A stretch of DNA of 64,000 bases, taken from NCBI GenBank assembly GCA_902826515.1, contig CADEFD010000001.1, positions 3,011-67,010 on the forward strand, in the 5' to 3' direction. The translations under genes and the position numbers were made by a program. This DNA is from an uncultured Acidobacteriota bacterium. GTDB taxonomy: Bacteria; Acidobacteriota; Vicinamibacteria; Vicinamibacterales; UBA2999. The notes beneath the pieces are model-generated. The model was not told where the DNA came from, ran no database searches, and saw only the letters and a program-made list of their open reading frames with translations. Positions 61,033 to 64,000 of this stretch are shown here, in pieces (position 1 is the first letter of the stretch; each line of letters begins with the position of its first letter).

Positions 61033-62916
61033 TTAGCGGGCTTTTGCGGCCAGCCACGCGCGGCGCAGCTGCATCTGTTCGGGCGACACGGCGGCGCCGG
61101 TGGATTCGGCCGGCACGATGACGATGCGGGGATCTTCCTCGAGGGTGAGCGTGGCGGTCACCGGCTCCCCGCCGCTGCGCCGTACGAAGCGCACCGGCAC
61201 CTGCGCGCCGGGCGCCTGCTTCGCGATGAGGTCGTTCACGGCCTGCGGCGTCGTGACTTCGACGCCATCCACGGCGACGATCTGGTCGTCCTGCGAAACT
61301 CCGGCCTTGTAGAGCGGCGAGTCGAAGGCCACCGGCCCGACCCGCAGCCCGCCGCCGTTCTGCAGCAGCGGCGCACTGCCGATCCACGCCTTGCCTGCGG
61401 CGCGCTTGCGCACGACGAAGCCGAGCCGCGCGAAGAGGCGCGTGTAGTCCGGCACCTCGTGCCCCTGCACGTACTTCGCGAAGAACTCACGCGCGAAGGT
61501 GGCATCACCCGAGAGCTGCGCGAGCCGGCCCTGCAGGTCTTCCATCGTGTAGGGTTTCGCCACGACACCCGGCGCCGCTTTCATGCCCGGCACGCCGTAC
61601 TCCGTCCACATCAGCTTCATGTAGTCGTCGAGCGTGACCTTGCCGTTCGTCATGTCGCGCAGCGAGAGGTCCATCGCGAGGCCGATCGCCGCACCCCACG
61701 TGTAATACGAGATGAACGTGTTCGACCAGGCCGTCTTGTCGATCGACACGGCGGCGTCCACGAAGGGCGCGAGCTGCGACATCTGCTCGGCGGTGCGGAA
61801 CTGGCGGCCCGGCGACTGCATCACCGTGTTGACGACGCCGCTGTAGTCTTCGAGCATCGAGTCGAGGGCCGAGAGGCCGGCGCGGTGCACGATGAGCGCG
61901 TCGTAGTAACTCGTGAAGCCTTCGCCGAACCACAACTCGCCCGACATGTTGGCGTCGTCGAAGTTGAACGGCTCGATGCCCTTCGAGCGGATGCGCTCCA
62001 TGTTCCAGGCGTGGAAGAACTCGTGCGCCACGGTGCCGATGATGCCGGCGCGCTGCCCGGGGCTGCGCAGCGAACCCGGCGACGACAGCACCGTGCTGTT
62101 GCGGTGCTCCATGCCGTCGCCGTTGGCCCACGGCAGGTAGTCGGAGAGGAACGTGTAGGTGCCGCCGTCGAAGCGCGGGAACTCGCCGAAGATCGGCATC
62201 GTCTCGCGCACGATCTTCTCGACGTCCCTGGCGAAGGCATCGGCGTCGCCGTCGCTGCCGTCGTGGTGCAGCGCGATGCGGAAGGTCTGCGCCGGGCCCT
62301 TGCCGTCGTCCACGGTGAAGACGCGCGAGGTGAAGGCGCCCACTTCGGTGGGGCTGTCCATCAGGTACTGCAGGTTCGGCGCGGTGAAGACGTGCGGGCT
62401 GCCGGTGGGAAAGAGCTGCGTCGCCACGTTCCAGGTCTTCCCGGCCGGCGGCACGAACTCCACGCGGGCGGCGCGCTGTTCGAGCCCGCGCGCCCACATG
62501 AGCGCGGCCGGCATGTTCAGGTGGCCGTGCGTGGCGTCCACGCTCAAATACGTGCCGTCGGTGCGGTCGCCGAACACGCGGTAGCTCACGACGACCGTGC
62601 CGTCGTGTCCCACGACCGTCCACTGGTGCAGGTTGGGGCGCTGCGCCACGAGCGGACGCCCCTTGCCGTCTTTCACCTGCACGTCGAAGACGTTCTTCGC
62701 GAACTCGTGCAGCGCGTAGCGGCCGGGCGAACTTCGGCTCATGCGCACCTGGAGGGGGCCGGCGGGAACGTCCGCGAAGGTGACCTCCACCTGCAGCCAG
62801 CGGTGCTCCGGGGCGGGAAACGACACGCGATAGGCCACCGGGGCCTGCGCGGCGGCCGGGGCCACGAGGCCGGCCACGAGCGCGGCGCCGGCGAGCATCT
62901 GGGAGAACATTCGCAT
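61033..62916 (-). CDS. M61 glycyl-aminopeptidase-family peptidase with a PDZ domain (second copy)
   Basis: Signal peptide MRMFSQMLAGAALVAGLVAPAAAQA. Motifs seen: VAHEFFHAWNMERIRS, LWFGEGFTSYYD, and PDZ-like FDSPLYKAGVSQDDQIVAVDG. Confidence 0.9.
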   Translation of the reverse strand: MRMFSQMLAGAALVAGLVAPAAAQAPVAYRVSFPAPEHRWLQVEVTFADVPAGPLQVRMSRSSPGRYALHEFAKNVFDVQVKDGKGRPLVAQRPNLHQWTVVGHDGTVVVSYRVFGDRTDGTYLSVDATHGHLNMPAALMWARGLEQRAARVEFVPPAGKTWNVATQLFPTGSPHVFTAPNLQYLMDSPTEVGAFTSRVFTVDDGKGPAQTFRIALHHDGSDGDADAFARDVEKIVRETMPIFGEFPRFDGGTYTFLSDYLPWANGDGMEHRNSTVLSSPGSLRSPGQRAGIIGTVAHEFFHAWNMERIRSKGIEPFNFDDANMSGELWFGEGFTSYYDALIVHRAGLSALDSMLEDYSGVVNTVMQSPGRQFRTAEQMSQLAPFVDAAVSIDKTAWSNTFISYYTWGAAIGLAMDLSLRDMTNGKVTLDDYMKLMWTEYGVPGMKAAPGVVAKPYTMEDLQGRLAQLSGDATFAREFFAKYVQGHEVPDYTRLFARLGFVVRKRAAGKAWIGSAPLLQNGGGLRVGPVAFDSPLYKAGVSQDDQIVAVDGVEVTTPQAVNDLIAKQAPGAQVPVRFVRRSGGEPVTATLTLEEDPRIVIVPAESTGAAVSPEQMQLRRAWLAAKAR

Positions 62917-62996
62917 GCGGCCATTATCAGCCGGATTCCGCGCCCCCGGCCGTCACCGGTTGCACGTGCCGGGACGAACGGGTACAAGTGCGCTCC

Positions 62997-63767
62997 ATGT
63001 CCGTGCCCTGGCGCTCGCGCCTGCTCCCGCTCCTGCTGCTCGTGGTCGCCGCGGCGCCCGTCCGGGCCCAGGACCATACCTATAGTTCCGCCGACATCAC
63101 GACCGGCGTCCGGCTCTACGGCGCGCAGTGCCAGCTCTGTCACGGCGCCGGCGGCGACACCGTGGCCGGCGTCAACCTGCGCCTCGGGCGCTTCCGCCGG
63201 GCGGTGACGGACGACGACCTGGCGACGGTGATCGCCAAGGGCGTGCCGCCGGCCATGCCGGGCTTCACGCTCTCGGCCGACGACACCCGCGGCCTCATCG
63301 CGTTCATCCGCGCCGGCTTCGACCCCTCGGGCACGGCCGTGAAGGTCGGCAACGTGGACCGCGGCCGCGCGCTCTTCAGCGGCAAGGGCGGCTGCGCCAC
63401 CTGCCATCGCGTGCACGGCACCGGACCGCTCGCCGCGCCGGATCTCAGCGACATCGGCGCCCTGCGCACGCCGGCGGCGCTGCAGCGTTCGCTGCTCGAC
63501 CCCACGCGCGCGATGCTGCCCATCAACCGCCCGGTCACCATCGTGACCACGGCCGGCACCACCGTGCGCGGGCGGCGCACGAACGAAGACACGTTCTCGG
63601 TGCAGCTCGTGAGCGATGCCGGGGAGCTCGTGACGGTCGTGAAGGCCGACATCAGGTCGATGGAGGCCGGCACGACCTCGCCGATGCCGTCGGTCGCGAA
63701 GGTGCTGTCTACCGACGAGGTCGCCGACCTCGTCGCCTATCTGCTGTCGCTGCGAGGTGTGCAATGA
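62997..63767 (+). CDS. Diheme c-type cytochrome, secreted
   Basis: MSVPWRSRLLPLLLLVVAAAPVRAQ. It has two heme motifs, CQLCH and CATCH. The ORF could start 9 nt earlier at GTG 62988. Confidence 0.85.
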   Translation: MSVPWRSRLLPLLLLVVAAAPVRAQDHTYSSADITTGVRLYGAQCQLCHGAGGDTVAGVNLRLGRFRRAVTDDDLATVIAKGVPPAMPGFTLSADDTRGLIAFIRAGFDPSGTAVKVGNVDRGRALFSGKGGCATCHRVHGTGPLAAPDLSDIGALRTPAALQRSLLDPTRAMLPINRPVTIVTTAGTTVRGRRTNEDTFSVQLVSDAGELVTVVKADIRSMEAGTTSPMPSVAKVLSTDEVADLVAYLLSLRGVQ

Positions 63768-64000
63768 GCCGCGTCATCCGTCGTCCCCGCGCGGGCTTCG
63801 CGCTGCTGCTCGCGGCCCTCGTCGCCGGTTCTTACGCGCTCGACGCGCAGGTCACAGGCGATCGCCTGCTGCGCGCGGCCGGTGAGCCGCACAACTGGCT
63901 CACCTACGGCGGCACCTACACCAGCCAGCGGCACAGCACGCTCGACCAGATCACGCCGGCGAACGTCGCCCGGCTCGAATCGAAGTGGGTCGTGCAGAAC
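63764..64000 (+). CDS. PQQ-dependent dehydrogenase (methanol/ethanol family), N-terminal fragment running off the window end
   Basis: My translation from an ATG overlapping the cytochrome stop (ATGA): MSRVIRRPRAGFALLLAALVAGSYALDAQVTGDRLLRAAGEPHNWLTYGGTYTSQRHSTLDQITPANVARLESKWVVQN. This matches the conserved N-terminus of quinoprotein alcohol dehydrogenases. Confidence 0.8.
   Translation, partial: MSRVIRRPRAGFALLLAALVAGSYALDAQVTGDRLLRAAGEPHNWLTYGGTYTSQRHSTLDQITPANVARLESKWVVQN

Overview
This is a very GC-rich, gene-dense chromosomal segment; third codon positions are almost all G/C. I found no rRNA, tRNA, CRISPR array, transposase or integrase. I support about 57 protein genes, one decayed gene fragment, a few terminator-like hairpins and several short repeat families. 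Most very long ORFs in the six-frame track are GC-driven artefacts (Arg/Ala/Gly/His-rich antisense or off-frame reads, or N-terminal over-extensions). I trimmed starts using signal peptides, Shine-Dalgarno-like GGAG motifs and start/stop overlaps; ATGA, GTGA and TAATG junctions are very common here.

Content, in order:
- 1-12.6 kb: two carboxypeptidase-regulatory-domain TonB-dependent receptors, an S1/P1-nuclease-like::DUF218 fusion, a PI-PLC-like phosphodiesterase and a PhoA-type alkaline phosphatase. This looks like phosphoester scavenging.
- Throughout: many secreted peptidases (M28, two M61, S8, S66, an S45 penicillin-acylase-type enzyme, a C39-like peptidase, and small HExxH proteins).
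- 16.2-18.6 kb: a GGDEF-EAL sensor.
- 20.8-27.9 kb: a long same-strand unit of ArgH-like lyase, SSF symporter, ABC transporter and secreted formamidase.
- 34.8-36.4 kb: prfC.
- 36.4-40.8 kb: two large GT-C-like membrane proteins flanking a 29-aa-repeat protein.
- 52.7-64 kb: an aa3-type oxidase operon in the unusual order I-III-small-II, three c-type cytochromes, a PQQ dehydrogenase and a VapBC pair.

The gene repertoire suggests an Acidobacteriota-like organism; this is inference only.

Best candidates for an undescribed system:
1. 13624-16099: a C39-like cysteine peptidase fused to TPR, POTRA and an Omp85-type barrel. It sits next to a small tail-anchored protein that has a Gly-Gly motif just before its anchor.
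2. 39131-43107: a five-gene, translationally coupled unit of TMEM175-like channel, 84-aa protein ending Cys-Cys-stop, ArsA/Get3-like ATPase, DinB and a large polytopic membrane protein.

All family assignments come from reading motifs by eye and need HMM or structure confirmation.
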